Assembly (NCBI GenBank): GCA_051294905.1 | Contig: CM119371.1 | Coordinates: 4,714,001 to 4,778,000 of the forward strand | DNA: 64,000 nt | Reading direction: 5' to 3' | Origin: Botryllus schlosseri | Taxonomy: Eukaryota | Shown: positions 24,738 to 38,721 of the stretch, piece by piece | Position numbering within the stretch: position 1 is the first letter of the stretch | Layout: every line of letters begins with the position of its first letter | Position numbers and translations under genes: made by a program | The notes under the pieces: generated by a model | Databases searched by the model: none | What the model saw: only the letters and a program-made list of their open reading frames with translations | What the model was told of the DNA's origin: nothing

Positions 24738-26729
24738 TTGTAGCACCAAAGCCTCTATTAAACACGCAGTCACCCAAGTAAGCCAACCTCACGAGCCGAT
24801 GTTAAGACTCGCTGTGAACTCAGTTGCATTCTAATTCATCATTCCTACAAGAATGGTATTGTCGCATTAAAAATAGTATCATCAAATGGTAATGGCTCGC
24901 ATAATTATACAGATTCACAATAAGGAGTTATTTGTATTTCAAGAGAAATTCTGCTTGCAATAATAGCTGATTGTGTTACTTGCAACAAGTTCAATCACTG
25001 GCGTATGGCAGTAATGATATAACTCTTGGTATCAGAGGGTGTATGATTACAGTATTTGAAAAAAACATCTCTCTCTACTCTATACTAAAATGATTGCGAT
25101 TGATGCTCGATTCAGATTCCAGTACCCGAATAATAGTGACCAACCGCACTGGTGACATTAGCTGCAACAACATGACACAATAGAACACTGGTATCACAAT
25201 TTTCCGTTCAAAAATGACAACACATATTTCTAGTTCTGGCTTCGTTTTTTTAAATGCACAACCAAAACTAGAACTGCTCCATACTCAAAATCATCAACTA
25301 GAACTGCTTGGAAAAACAGTATCTAGTTGATCGTCAACTAACTAGATTGGTATTTGGAACAAGTCTGCGCTCTCTCTCTCTTTATCTCTCTCTCTAGGCA
25401 TGCCTGGAACACAATGTGAGGTAGTGGCGAAATCAGCAAATTAGCAATCAGTGTTAGGCAAGTTGCTGCAACATGAAGATGTCATGGACGAGATTCTAGA
25501 AACCTGGCAGCCTGAGTCATGCAAGGCATTATTATACCAATACAAAACATAACACATAGCAAGCTATCAGGATGAGCCTCACTTGTACTGGCCGGCAATT
25601 TTCCAAAATACTCACGTAACAATATCTGTGCTACTGTTATTACTACACGCGCGCTTTTGTATCGCTTTCGGAAGTGCCGCATATCGATTTTACAATCCGG
25701 CACACCCTACAAATTACAGACACACCTCCATCACACCCATTTACTGGCAAAACATCACCGAGATTGAACACGGTAAGCGCAGGGGTCGGCGACATGATTT
25801 GTCATGGCACGCCGACTGATTTGATGCACACGACGTCTTATTATTACCTTCATTGTTGCAAATCAGTATCAGTTTAGGAAGAATTTTCATCATTTCAAAA
25901 CACAGCAAGGCTGCGATATAATGAAGAGATGAGAAGATGTCGAAACGACGTGGATTAGTCTTTGAAATCAGATCCCAGCTGCGCCTGCCTTGGCGATATA
26001 AATAAGTGGTATGCGTATGAACTGGACACTGGATGAAAAATAAGAAATAACAAAAACGATAAGTAAAGAAAATGAGTGACCGTAATGTCGATAAGCGAGG
26101 TTGATGTGTCAGAGCAACTACGGTTAAACTTTATGGCTCACAAGTATTTAATCGGCAAAAAATGATTGCGTTTCAACTTGCTAGGGTAGTGATGGTGAGC
26201 GTCGGCACCATCCAGGCAGGCAACCCGGATTGATTCCCGCCGTCGGAGGTTAACCTAGGCTCCTCGTCCCCGCCAGTGCCGATGAAGAAAGAAAATGAGC
26301 AAGCAATAGCTTCGGAAAAATGACCGACGAAGACAGAATAACATCGAAGAAGACTATGATGTGACATCTGGCACTAGGTCGAGGTGGATACCAGTTCAAG
26401 AGTAATCGACTGATTGGTCGTTCGGCATCTGTTCATTACATCGCATTGTGTGTCTTGTATATCGCGTTCTACATTGTGTGTGTCTTGAGCAGATCAAAAT
26501 ATAATCTGTCGATTGATTAATTGGAATGTGGACTGACTTGACGACTGTCGGATAACCGGCTGACGGCGAGATGCTGTTCCACACTATAGGTCCGGGTCCA
26601 TTTGCTACCATCGTTTACTTTTTTATTTTCCTTTTTAAACTTACATTTTTTACCGCCTGACAGTGTAGAGCAGGTATGTCGAACTAAAATGGGGTATTTC
26701 CACTTCATTAGCTTCCCTGTCAGCTTAGT

Positions 26730-26872
26730 GGGTTACCCACATGCTACCCCATTAAATACCTCTGTAATATGGGGCCAAAAAGTTACGGGACCCGTTTGGT
26801 TTCCCAACTTGATTACCACATTTCATCCCAGCTTTGTTACCTTGTGGTACCCAAGTAGCCGTGCTACCTGGG
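26730..26872 (+). mobile_element. Solo right end of an EnSpm-like element related to 43874-52523
   Basis: AAATACCTCTGTAATATGGGGCCAAAAAG ... GGTACCCAAGTAGCCGTGCTACCTGGG is colinear with about 52382-52523. Confidence 0.8.
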
Positions 26873-29629
26873 AGCCGAATAGGTTGGCTGGTCTATATAA
26901 ATTATAGTTATCTATAGTAATCTAGAGTCTGTCTGTCAGCCGTCAGTAACATCGGATGCAGCAACGAAAACATATAGATGCTACCGTGCCGGCTTGTGCA
27001 CTTGAACGCACGTTGCTCCATGCCATAATGCTTTGTAACACTCTACAGCAGACCTGGGCAAAGTGCGGCCCGCGAAGCCATTCTGTGCGGCCCGTGAAAG
27101 GTTGCTCGGAATTCGTAATATAAAACTTGCTTTTTAAATGTTGACTCGTGGACCAAAACCATATGCTGTAAGTAAACAGACAATTCGTTGACTTTGAAGC
27201 CTGTCCAGTGTTCATTAATATGCCAAGATTACGCGGCCTACGTACCTTACATGCATAATCCAGATTCAAAATAAAGGCAATGTGGCTAAGTATGAGTAGC
27301 AATACTCTACTCTGCTGTTAAATTATAGTTGTATATAGTTAAATCCCCAGGAACATGGTTAGTCGGAAAAGGTAGCGCCAAATAGGAACAGATCCCTAAT
27401 TTCGTGAAGGCCTACTGTTGAATATATGAACAATTAACATTGAACACAGTAGATATCGTTATTGCAATGTTGCATATATAATAGCATCTTATGAAATACG
27501 TCGGAGCCGGAGCTCCTCCTCAAATAACTGGCTCCAGCTCCGGCGAAAATGCCAGTGTTGGGATAACTCGAGTCATGACTTGACTCGAGTCACCTTTTTC
27601 GAATGACTTGACTTAACTCGAGTCACTTTGCTAAAATGACTTGACTTGACTTGACTCGACGTATCAGAAATATGGATTGACTCGTGACTCGGAGAAAAAT
27701 TCACGAGTCAATTTCAAGTCATCAATTAATCGGTGTCGATAAAAATCACTGAATCTTGCAAACGTTTGTGTAACCGTGAGAGCGACCAATCATTTAATGA
27801 TCGTGCGTTTTAGTGATCCTCCATTGTTCTCTCACAAATAAATTGACCGCAAACGACATGATCGAAGCTTATAGCTTACGTTGTCGTAGACCAGGGGTTC
27901 TCAACCCGCGGCCCGCAGAGGTCTATTTTGCGGCCCGTGGCCTCTTTCGTTACGAACGCAATTACTACTGGCCCAGCATTGTTGCATATTGATTTAGCTA
28001 CTTAGCTCTCGTATCGCACAGTCGGTGTTTCGTTTGAATACCCATTCTTTGACGTGTTCTGGTCTCTTGATATGTTCTCGAGTTTAGATTGTTATTGTTC
28101 TGAATCAGTATTGGTATGGGCCTTTAGTTTTTCGCTAGTTGCGTGCAATCACCAACTCACCGCGCGCTCCCTCGTACAACAGTGCGTGATGATTGAAAGA
28201 AAGGTCATTGGGCTCGAAAGTCACGTGACTTGTGGTTCGCTGGGGCCAAACAACTTCTTAGATAGCCGCTCCCTGTGTTAATTTGCGATATTGGTATGTT
28301 TTCAAACCGTATTTTCTGTCTCAGTGAGGTTGTTTGAAGTACAGTTCTGGGTTTTATGTTATCTTCTATGACTTATTAGCTAGTTTCAGGACTTTTAGAC
28401 ACTAACTAGGTAGGTTTATGTTGTTTTGCAGCCGCGCAAAATGCCAGGGTAGGACGTGCCAATTTGTTATAATGGATGAGAAAACAATTCGGAGTAGTCT
28501 TTCCATCGACTTCTGAATTGCCAGAAAACGACAGGAAAGTGACTGAAATTAATAAATCTAGTGGGAATGATAAATATAATTAACATTTGATCTATGTTGA
28601 CTTGTTTGTTTGGTGGTATCAAATGTCATACCGGTATTTTGTGTGCCCCAAAGACAGCTTCAATAGCAAATGATTTAAGATAACCCACAATTATTAGATT
28701 TTTAATAAAGTGTTTATATAGTGAAATTGGCCTAAGAATAGATGCATCAAACTGCAGGCATCGGTTAGGTATTAAGATATCTGTGCCATTTATCGAAAAA
28801 GATAATCAAGAATTTCGGTCAGCCAAATTTAAGTTTAACCATGCCAATCAGAAGGAAGTTATTGATTGTTTCAAGGATAGTGCTGAGAAGACTGCTATTG
28901 CCGGACAAGGACAAGAGTACCGTACTTTCGACTTGGTTTTTGTGATGATGCAGCGATTTACAATTTCGTATCATTCTAACTGGAATGTAAATCTTCTTTC
29001 AATGGAAGACCAGGTCTTGCTGTTACTCATGACACTACTTCGTATAATTTAGTACTGGCACTGTTGCCAATGTTTTTTCTAAATTTTGGTCAAGTTTCTA
29101 TACATCAGTGTTGTTCAAAAACAACTTTTTTTCCAAATTTCACTGTCTAGTGAACAAAATTATTAGGTTGGCTTGAAAAAAGGTTGCACGCTAGATTTGG
29201 CTCAATTCCAACATGCAGAAGTGAAGCTATCAGATTTTACAAAAAAAATTTAATTTATTGAAAAAATAACATATTTTATAAAATTATACTGGCTATGCCA
29301 TGAAATGGTTGAGTTTTCAAAGAAATGTATAGCAAATTTGGCTAGTTGAACCAAATTTAAAATTTTCTACCTTCAGTAGCTTTTGCATTGCCCTATACAA
29401 AATTTACACAAATTTCTTGAACAAAAATCAGAGGGTTGGCTAATTCATAACCATTTTATTCTCTTTACAGATACTTTTTAGATGTTTAACAAATCAATGC
29501 AAACATTGATGCTAGCCTCACTCATCTGTACCTGATTGCTGTGTTAGTGAAGTTGCACTGTGCGCTATACGTAAACCATATCCGGGGCATCTCTGATCCC
29601 GGCATCTTGTATGATGCAATTGATATCTC

Positions 29630-30080
29630 TGCCACCAACTGCTCTCCAGAAGACACCATCTCCTTCATCGCAAGAACGAGAAGCACACGCACGCTATTTA
29701 CCCCTTGAACCGTGAGAAAATGCAGCTCAACTGTCTATGGAATGACGTCACCGTGGGGAGGTGGAGCGAACACTTCAAGACGCTACCGGCCTTAAAAGTC
29801 GGGACCACATATACTTCCTGAACTTGGTAGAAACCACCCAAAACGCTGGGAAGGAACTGACATTGTTGTCGACATACGGTACAATCAACGCCACCAGTAG
29901 GTCATTTGTGTGAGACCAGCCTCGTAACCATACGGACCCAACAACACTTGTATCCCTTACCGTCGTTCTCAGTGCCAGGGCCAGAGCACCCTAAATTTAC
30001 AGAGACGCCGTTCAGGATCTTGGCTTGTCAATGGAAGATACTGACGTCGACGCGATGCAGCAACGCAATAACTACAGATT
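29630..30080 (+). mobile_element. Probable Ty3/gypsy integrase C-terminal relic
   Basis: Frameshifted RWSEHFKTLPALKVG ... NHPKRWEGTDIVVDIR ... TIRTQQHL resembles the LPxLxVGD..NHPxRWxxTGxVV..TxRNRxxL tail of gypsy pol. No LTRs found. Confidence 0.5.
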
Positions 30081-30884
30081 GCCATGGAGTACTCACAGTT
30101 ACACTGCTTGCTGTGATTCTCGTTTACGTCAATTTCGATATACCAACACAGTCCTCTCAATTGTATTGCTTATGCCTGCCCATTTTCAAGCCAACTCTGT
30201 GTGTTTAAGTGAGTCGTCAGTTTAGGACTACCTCCACAGTAGCAGTGTATAGCTTTAGTCAAAACTGCATCCTTTTATGGCACGTTGGCAACATTAATCA
30301 GGAATGCCTAATCTGTGACCAACATTCTATTTGTTTCATTCTCGGTACAAAGGAAATACATTCTCAAGTTGTGAATTTGTCGAATTTATTGGCCAGTTAT
30401 TGATTTCGTCAGCACTCTTAGAATTTTGTAAAATCAAGCGAGAGTATGCAAGATTAAGGAAGTATTGTTGTGGAAATATTATTATATCAGAATTAGGTAG
30501 TTCTTCTATTCAGAATCTTAGGGTATCATCGGTTCCAAAACGAATAAATGGCATAAGTTTTGAGTATACAATGCACAAGCTGCCCTACACTTGTCAAAGT
30601 ACTTGTGATGCTGGGCAAGTACTATAGTATCACCGACTCATTTCAAAATGAAGACTTTCTTCTAAACGCTCAAGTCTATTAATGATCTTGATTTGGTAGA
30701 ATAGGGACACTTGATATCTATCAATACACACATCACAAAAGTGCCGCAAACATGTCCTAAAATTACTTTAAAAAATATAACACTCTAGCAAGTATGCAAT
30801 ATTACATAGTACTCTGAAAAGGTGGAAATACTATCTTCTTTACTTTCATTCAGTGTGCATGCCTCCTCTTTACATCGCCTAGGC

Positions 30885-32012
30885 CAGAGGTCTCAAACAC
30901 GCGGCCCGCCAGAGCATTTTAGATTTTTAATAATTTGACAATATATAAGTGTCACATATATCTTTTCAGGTTATAAAGTCAAAATTCCCTCTTAAATTGC
31001 TCCGCAAGCCTGAAACTATTCACCAAACTTCACTATCACATCTATTGCAAACGCTACCATGCAGGGGAAGATTCACTATTTCGCCACATTTCCAATTCAT
31101 GATGACAAAACCTGACCCTTAGACGATTCGTGACTGAAATTTATGAGTTGGAATTGGACGCGACCTTTCTTATAATTACTCAGAATCGGGCTAACTCGAT
31201 AGCAAAATGAAAATGACTCCAGTTGACTCGGAGTGACTCGGAATGCCGTGAATTTGTTAGAACCATGGACGCAACAAACTAATCGCGTATCAGGGGAATA
31301 GTAACAGATCAGAAGGTCGCAGCTTGGTATTTCGCTAACTAAGCAAGTAGTTATGGCAACCATGGGCAATCTGTTAGTTACATCTTTGGTCGCTAAACCA
31401 TGTTATTAAGGCCACTTCAAGGTACCGAGTGGTACGCTCTAACGATGTAACAACAATGGGTCGTTTGGCGCTCCGACATTTCAATCACTAAGACACATTC
31501 AATAATATATTTATATTATATTTATATTTTTTTCTGCTCCTGTATTTGAAGATATTTGGCCATGAGATTAACAGCCTACATATCGGAAGTACACCTGAAT
31601 CCTGGATTGGAATTACAATGCTCAACCTAAAAATGTTTTGATATCAGATCAGTCTCTATTATCAATCTGTTAAATTCAAAATATTCATAGAAGCTGCAAA
31701 ATTATAACCCGATAGCTTTTATGATGGAATCATACATTTGTCCGCCCATATGATGTCTAAATCTTATAATTAATATATATCAAGTACAACAACAATTCTA
31801 TTCAAATAGTTATAAATGTGATGATTCTTTTCGTGCCAGGCCTAAATTGATACAAGAGTAAATCACATTTTGACGATATGTGTTTACTGTCAGTCTGCTG
31901 GATCGGCTCACCTACTTGGAAAAACATAGATCACCCCTATAAGTGCTGCGGCCCGCGGCGTCGTCAAAACGGGAAAACTGGCCCGCGAGCACATTTGAGT
32001 TTGAGACCTCTG
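30885..32012. mobile_element. Buster-type hAT non-autonomous element
   Basis: TIRs CAGAGGTCTCAAAC / GTTTGAGACCTCTG; TSD GCCTAGGC on both sides; GCGGCCCGC subterminal motifs. Confidence 0.9.
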
Positions 32013-33446
32013 GCCTAGGCCAAGATGGGTGTCTGATTCCATAGACTACTCCAAGTCGCTTCGACATCTTCCTGTCTTTTCATTGTATCGCATTTTGCGG
32101 TGTATTAAACTGATAAAATTGCTAATAAAGCAATGATGATGATCGTCTGTTTGAACTTTGAAGCATTTATGTTGTGGTGCAAAGGTCTCTTTGCTTTTTG
32201 ATAAGCTTTTTCTGAGTTCCTGTCACCCATTCGTTCACCATCTTTCTTCTCTTGCTTGCTTCCATACGTCCTCGTCAGTGGTGCCGATTTTAGATGTAGT
32301 TAGGTAAGCATTGGGGAGTCCAGATAAGCCTCCGACCCACTTGCGTCAAGTGGCATTCGAACTCAATTCCAACGCTTCCCCAATCTTTCAGGTAATTTTG
32401 CAGTTACCAACCTCTACGTCATAAACTTTCTTTCTACTCATGGCTGAACTGAATATTTCCCAATTCTCTGCCATCACCACCATACATTGCTGATGTTGGA
32501 TGGTCGTTGTCTAAATCATTTTGACTTCTTCTGACCAGATTCGGATTAATTTTGAAGAACTCGCAAATCGTAAAAGTAGCTTAACCAAATCCATCTGAAA
32601 TCAAATTTAACACGGTACGGTAATGTTACAATATTACTAATCTCCGATGTTGACTGATCACGGACTCCTTGTCGATAAGTATACACTTGAAGCATAATAA
32701 TGCTGCAGCCATACGATGAATACTTAGTAGGTCCAGATGAAGGTACTAAACCTTGGAATTACTTGTTTGACATAGGCTATCTTAAACTGCTCTACTCCAT
32801 CATGTTAATGGAATACTATACATTGTCATCTATCTGCACGAAAATAAAATCAATCCTGTTTTAGCCACTTTCGTAACACAAACACATAATGTGACAGCAA
32901 AGACCAGTGCAACAGCAGAAATTGCGACATACAAATGCATTACTGTCGCAGAGAAGATGATACCAGAAACGCGCTTGGCCCCAGACGGTGGTTGCTATGC
33001 TGAAAAGTCACGTGACTTTCGAGCCCAATAACTTCGGCTTTTTTTTGTGCGCGGCACAGATTTTCTATGCGTGGCGACTTTGTCAGCAGTGTGCGGCCGC
33101 GCACGCGCGCAGCTTGAATTTGATGAATTTGCTTTCTCATATAAAAAAGGAAAACCTATATTCGTCATATTTGTCGCAGAACAGTTGTCGTAACGAAGCA
33201 TAGAAGCTTAAAACGATGCCATTAAAGTTTATTCTAGCAGGTTACATATCACCTGATCTTAGAAAAAAACGTTACTACCTAGGCATCAAGCCCAGTAATC
33301 CGTAGTTCGAGGAATTATTAAAATTGCCAACGACGTTACAGACGCTTTGGAATATCGCTAAACCCAAGAAATATTCTAGAGAAGGTGTGATTTCACTAAT
33401 ACTTTAACATACTGTGCGAATATTCGCTGTTTCCGGGACTTAGCAG

Positions 33447-33638
33447 CAATGTTTCCTCCGAGCTGGGCACGTGCACAAATGCGCAGTGCTGACACGATCT
33501 GTGCGCACAGAAAATCTAAGTTGCGCACAAAAATCCGAAATGATGACCTTTTTTATAGTCTTTACGCACGGTTGTCCAATGGTCTGCGCAGTAAGTTGGT
33601 GAGTGTGCGCAGACTCGTCAAAATTAGAGGGAACACTG
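33447..33638. mobile_element. Short hAT MITE (192 bp)
   Basis: CAATGTTTCCTC / GAGGGAACACTG; 8-bp TSD CTTAGCAG. Confidence 0.8.
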
Positions 33639-33931
33639 CTTAGCAGCAAGGACAACATTACCTGACAAATTTCGAAGCTAAAGTTGTCCGATTCAACTAT
33701 AGATAACTAACCTACGGATAGATCAATGATATATATACAATGATTGGAAACTGCCACGCCCCTTAACGCTATAAGATAGTTTCCCGGCGAAATCAGTCCG
33801 TCGCGGGATATGCTTGAGTACAGAAACGGGATTGCGTATGTCGACTGTGGTGGGGTGCTGCGATCGGCGTTGCTGGCATACTAATTCACTGATTTTCCCC
33901 AATCGGTTTAGTTTTTGTTGGTTTCTTGAGC

Positions 33932-36270
33932 ATAGTGAGGCAGTGCTGCATAATAGGATGTAATACAACTTTTAACAATGCACATTTATCAAAGTACAGA
34001 CTAGCTGCGAAGCATTTTAGCATCAGTTGCAACCATGCATGTACGACACAGCCTAAAGAATTTATAGATACTGTGGGTGAGCGTCAATATAGATGTGCAG
34101 AACCTGGAAGGATTGTTGAAAGAGGATTTGAAATTTTTCTGGCAGCATTTACGTCACCTGATTTTTTAAAAGAGAAGGCTTGATTACGATAATTGTGTGA
34201 GCAACTAAGTTGTTTTAGATAGTATATATTGTAATATTGTGAGGCCGAATTCACCAAGGGCCGAGTTAACTGGCAACTATTGTACCAATATAGCGATTGT
34301 ACCTTCATAATATAAAATCGGAACTAACCGAAAACTATCATTGTACTGATTGCTAAAATGCTAACATATATAACTTTTTACTTGATCAGGCCGTTGAATC
34401 CACATCAATGATGAGAATCGGCATTGTTCCAAAGAATATACCATCGGCAAAACAATGCACTAGAACAGTGGTTCCCAACGTGGGCGATTTGGCGGTCTAG
34501 GGGGGGCGAAAATGGCGAAGGGGGGGGAAATGGACAAAGGAGGCGATGGGGGGGGGGCGAAAATAGCGAAGGGGGCGATAGGGGGGCAATGACGAGTTAA
34601 AACGGCTATGTTGGAGTCAAGTCAGAGAAATAACCTTTTTTTTAATTTTTAGTCATCCCACGAAAATTCAGTTGCAAAAGTGGAAAATTCGACATGGAAC
34701 GGAAAAGTTGACCTTTTTTTTTTTAGTCAACCCGCCGGTGATTACTGTTTGTATACCGGTTTTTCGGTTCACAAAATTTGGGGGGCGATGATCGGCGTTG
34801 AGCTTGAAAAGTGGGCGATGAGTCGAAAAAGGTTGGGAACCACTGCACTAGAATGACATTTAGGATAATCACTCCATAGTTAGTATTGTTCACATCGACC
34901 TGGCGTGATATGTCGTACTTCTCTCAATAGTTGAATCTTTCACACCGGGGTGTCCGAAAACATCTACCAATGCCCATTTATTCAAAATATACCTGGTAAA
35001 CGTTTTGGCACTTCTTTGATATGAACTACCTGTTGTGAGGTGTTCCCCATGAATTGCCTGTAAACCTTGAAATTTAACATGGAGTACTCGTTAAGATTGA
35101 TAGCTGGAAGGATTGTACAAAATAGATGATTTATGCATTTGCGAGCAACATTCTATGGTGTCTTATTCATTGAAAGGTTAGGAAATGATTTTGTAACCTT
35201 CGTCATTGTATAGTGTGTACGTCTATGGTTTTTTATGTATAACCTTCATAACTTTTCGCCATTTGCATCACGCTTTATGACCTGAGCATGAGCATCAACT
35301 TGCATTGTATGTGCTGCTACCCAGGTTATTTTTCCAGCAATGTAACTGCACAATCATCCAATGCAAAATCTCTCTTGAATATGCACATTGCTCATATATA
35401 TTGCATATGCGGCAGTACGGAAAATACTTGACGGATTGAATAAATAACTTGATTTCAATTGTAGTTGACTGGCAAAACTGTGACATAACAAATTCCCATT
35501 CTGTAAATGTCTAATGCATAAATTTTTTACAGGATCGTTAACATTTTTTTATAAATTATAGTCCATTCTAACTTTCAAGAAAAGATTGTTCGTGTATTGA
35601 AACAGCCGCAAAGCAACCCAAAGCCGCGAGGAAATTGAAAAGGATTCAGGGATCCTAATAAAAGTGCAAATCATTATCTTGTGGGATTTCGGCACGCCAG
35701 GTCGTCCATGAGAAGCAACCATGTCATGTTCCACTTTGCTTCAGACATTGAGATATTTCCAAAGATTGTAGTCAAAATGAATAATACTTTGACGAATGGT
35801 GCCGGATTGGATTGATACTCATTGGATCGATTGATGCAGAGAAAAATAGTCTTGCTGAAAGAAAATACATATTATTCGAGTACGAGAGGTGAAGAGATGG
35901 ACACTACAATGCAACCTGTGGATAATTTCGTGTGCCTTGTGAATATGACAACCAAGTTCAGCTACAACTGCCATTTAAAGCCATATTGCATTCCAGATAA
36001 TATTGCTTCACTTGTACTAGCTGGAAAAAGATATGCCGCTACTGCAAAACTGAAGATATTCTTATGCCGCAGAAACAGCAACGAAATTCGTGAGCAGGGA
36101 AGCTTATCAAAGAGACAAGAAAACAACAACAATGATAAATTTGATACGGACATTTTTGCCAACCATCGAGCAGACTACCTCATTATCACCAAGAGATTGA
36201 GTCTTGATCCGTTATTGGAATCATTTTTATCCTGATCAGGAAATCTGGCCGCACCTGCGATATGGTAATT
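33932..36270 (+). pseudogene. Decayed P/THAP9-like transposase (outer copy)
   Basis: N-terminal VRQCCIIGCN (THAP-like CxxxxC) and C-terminal DYLIITKRLSLDPLLESF/..IRKSG resembling the P-transposase motif YLLTxRLxQDxLExFFxxIR; many stops and frameshifts. Confidence 0.72.
34466..34845. mobile_element. Buster-type hAT MITE inside the P element (mirror copy 42558-42938)
   Basis: CAGTGGTTCCCAAC / GTTGGGAACCACTG; TSD CACTAGAA; GGGGGCGA subterminal repeats. Confidence 0.9.
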
Positions 36271-36597
36271 TTCAAAGAATAATTGATTTCTAAAGAGGCT
36301 TGAAACATACTAGTGTTCAAATGCCATGGTACTTGATGCTTGAATGCCCTCCGATGTTCAACGTCATGTGAGATCGCTGCTCTACCATCCAACTGCTGTC
36401 CTGTTATTGTCATTAAGAGAGGATAAGAAAGCTCGAAAAAATAACATTTGAGAATATATATTTTTGTTACGTGACAAGAAACATTGACGTTATCAACTAC
36501 TAGGCACAGTTATTCGATTGTTCATAATAGCACAGCACAGTTTCACAAATTACAACAAAAATAGATGCAGACAGTACATTTATCGAATGGCTTAAAC

Positions 36598-37294
36598 CAG
36601 GGCTGGCCAACCTTTTTGGCCTAAGGGCCACATTTGATTGACGAACTTTTGTGCAGGCCACTAACCGCGCTAAGCGCGAAAATTTTTTGAAGTTCGTAGA
36701 TCAATAATATTGTCACTTGACTGTATTGCAGGCCTGCTGTATATCGCTGGGCTAAGTTTGCAAGGACTGGGCTATTCGGCGCATGGACATATCGATATCG
36801 AAAGCTGTGACCAACATGCGCCAATCATGTCCTGCCTAGGTTACATGGTCGACGGTCTTACTGCGAGCGCAAACGCAAGGTCGCATATGTTGAACGACAC
36901 TTTGTCTCGTAATCGCGAATATAGTTAGACTCAAGCTGATACATTAGGTGTTCTTCCATTTTCACAAAAGGGCAACAATATTAAAAACAAGAAATCGAGT
37001 GGCAACATATTGCGCTAAGCTTGTAGAAATTTTTACCTTTGATAAATCTATCGCAAATTATTCTGCTTTATTGTAGTGTACGAAGATATACCAATATGTG
37101 AATGACTGATGGATCTGTCAATGCGTCGGAACTGATATTCTAGTCATCACATCTCAAGTATTGCGGCCAGACTAATCAAATTTTGGTTGGCCTTGCAAGC
37201 TTAAAATCTGTGCAATCCATTATATTAGAAATTTCGGAAATTACCTCGCGGGCCACTCAAAACCTTCTCGCGGGCCACGGGTTGGCCGGCCCTG
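36598..37294. mobile_element. Buster-type hAT MITE inside the P element (mirror copy 40076-40805)
   Basis: CAGGGCTGGCCAACC / GGTTGGCCGGCCCTG; TSD GCTTAAAC. Confidence 0.9.
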
Positions 37295-38106
37295 GCTTAA
37301 ACATAGGTATATCTGATATTGTAATTTGCATAAACAAGAAAATCCCTTTTTGCTACATATTGACTTGACTTAAATGCTTTCCGTTGACTAGGATTTTGGT
37401 TCTTGTTATTCTGAATTTAGATGACAACAAGTCTGACATGATAACAAAAGTTGTTTATGCAGTTTTTAAGTGTTATAGTAAATGAAATATCCATACCCTG
37501 TATAAAATTTTCAATGATATTATGGTGTTGGTATCCTCATTGAAATTTAGACACGACTAGTATCAGAGCATTTAGGAGTCCATGAAGAGGTGAGGTATTT
37601 AAGCTGTTCAAAATCCTGCTTCTGTAATACCCATGCGATGACACATTGTTATGATGCTCGGATTCGATCAACTTCTTCCATGATCACCTCGACCGTTGAG
37701 GGCATAGATGGTGATGTGGAGATGGAGATTTGTTGAGTGAAGGGGATTGTTGGATAGTCTCTATCCCGTCCCATTCTTCGAAGTCACCATCTTGCAAGTC
37801 AACTATGACTGTAAGAGTTGACAAACTGGACTGGACATGGACAACATCACAATTTAATGACTATACAAAGTATATGCTGTGAACAATCATTTATAGATCA
37901 TTGGCTGTGCACAATGATATATATACAATGATTGGAAACTCCAGTGAGCTCTGCGTTTGAGCGCGTCGCGAGTCATGCTTCACTACAGGAATGAAATCGA
38001 TGTAAACAAACGGTTCGCCAGCAATCTTTCTTCTGGAACTGGCGTTAATGTAGTGAAAAGTTTTTTAACGAGACCTATTTTGCACGTGAAATGTGTGCAT
38101 ACTGTA

Positions 38107-38721
38107 CAGTAGGGTGGTTCAAAAATAACCTTTTTTCCTGAATCTTGCTGGATACTTGATTAAATCGTTAGGTTGCCTTAAAAAACGACGCACACCAAAT
38201 TTGAATTCATTCCAACCAATATTCGCGGATTTCGTAGAGTTTGAAAATTCTGAATTTGCCTGAAAATGCAAAAAATTTCCAATTTTTCTGCCAACCCCAT
38301 GAAATTGTTGCGCTGTCTTCAAAAACGATGCAAAACAAATTTGACTCAATTCCAAGCTGTAGAAGTGGAGTTATTTCAGTTTTTCTTTGATAATTCTGGG
38401 ATTATCCTTGATTGGTGGATTATCCCAGAATTATCACCAAAAAACTTGAATAACTCCGCTTCTGCAGCTTGGAATTGAGTCAAATTTGTTTTCCATCGTT
38501 TTTGAAGACAGCGCAACAATTTCATAAGGTTGGAAGGAAAATTGGAAAAAAATTTTTTTTGCATTTTTAGGCAAATTCAAAATTTTAAAACTACGAAATC
38601 TGCGAATATTGGTTGGAATGAATTCAAATTTGGTGTGCGTCGTTTTTTAAGGCAACCTAACGATTTAATCAAGTAACCAGCAAGATTCAGGAAAAAAGGT
38701 TATTTTTGAACCACCCTACTG
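38107..38721. mobile_element. Tc1/mariner-type palindromic MITE (family B, young copy)
   Basis: TA|CAGTAGGGTGGTTCAAAAATAACC ... GGTTATTTTTGAACCACCCTACTG|TA; empty site in the outer copy near 53075-53080. Confidence 0.92.
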
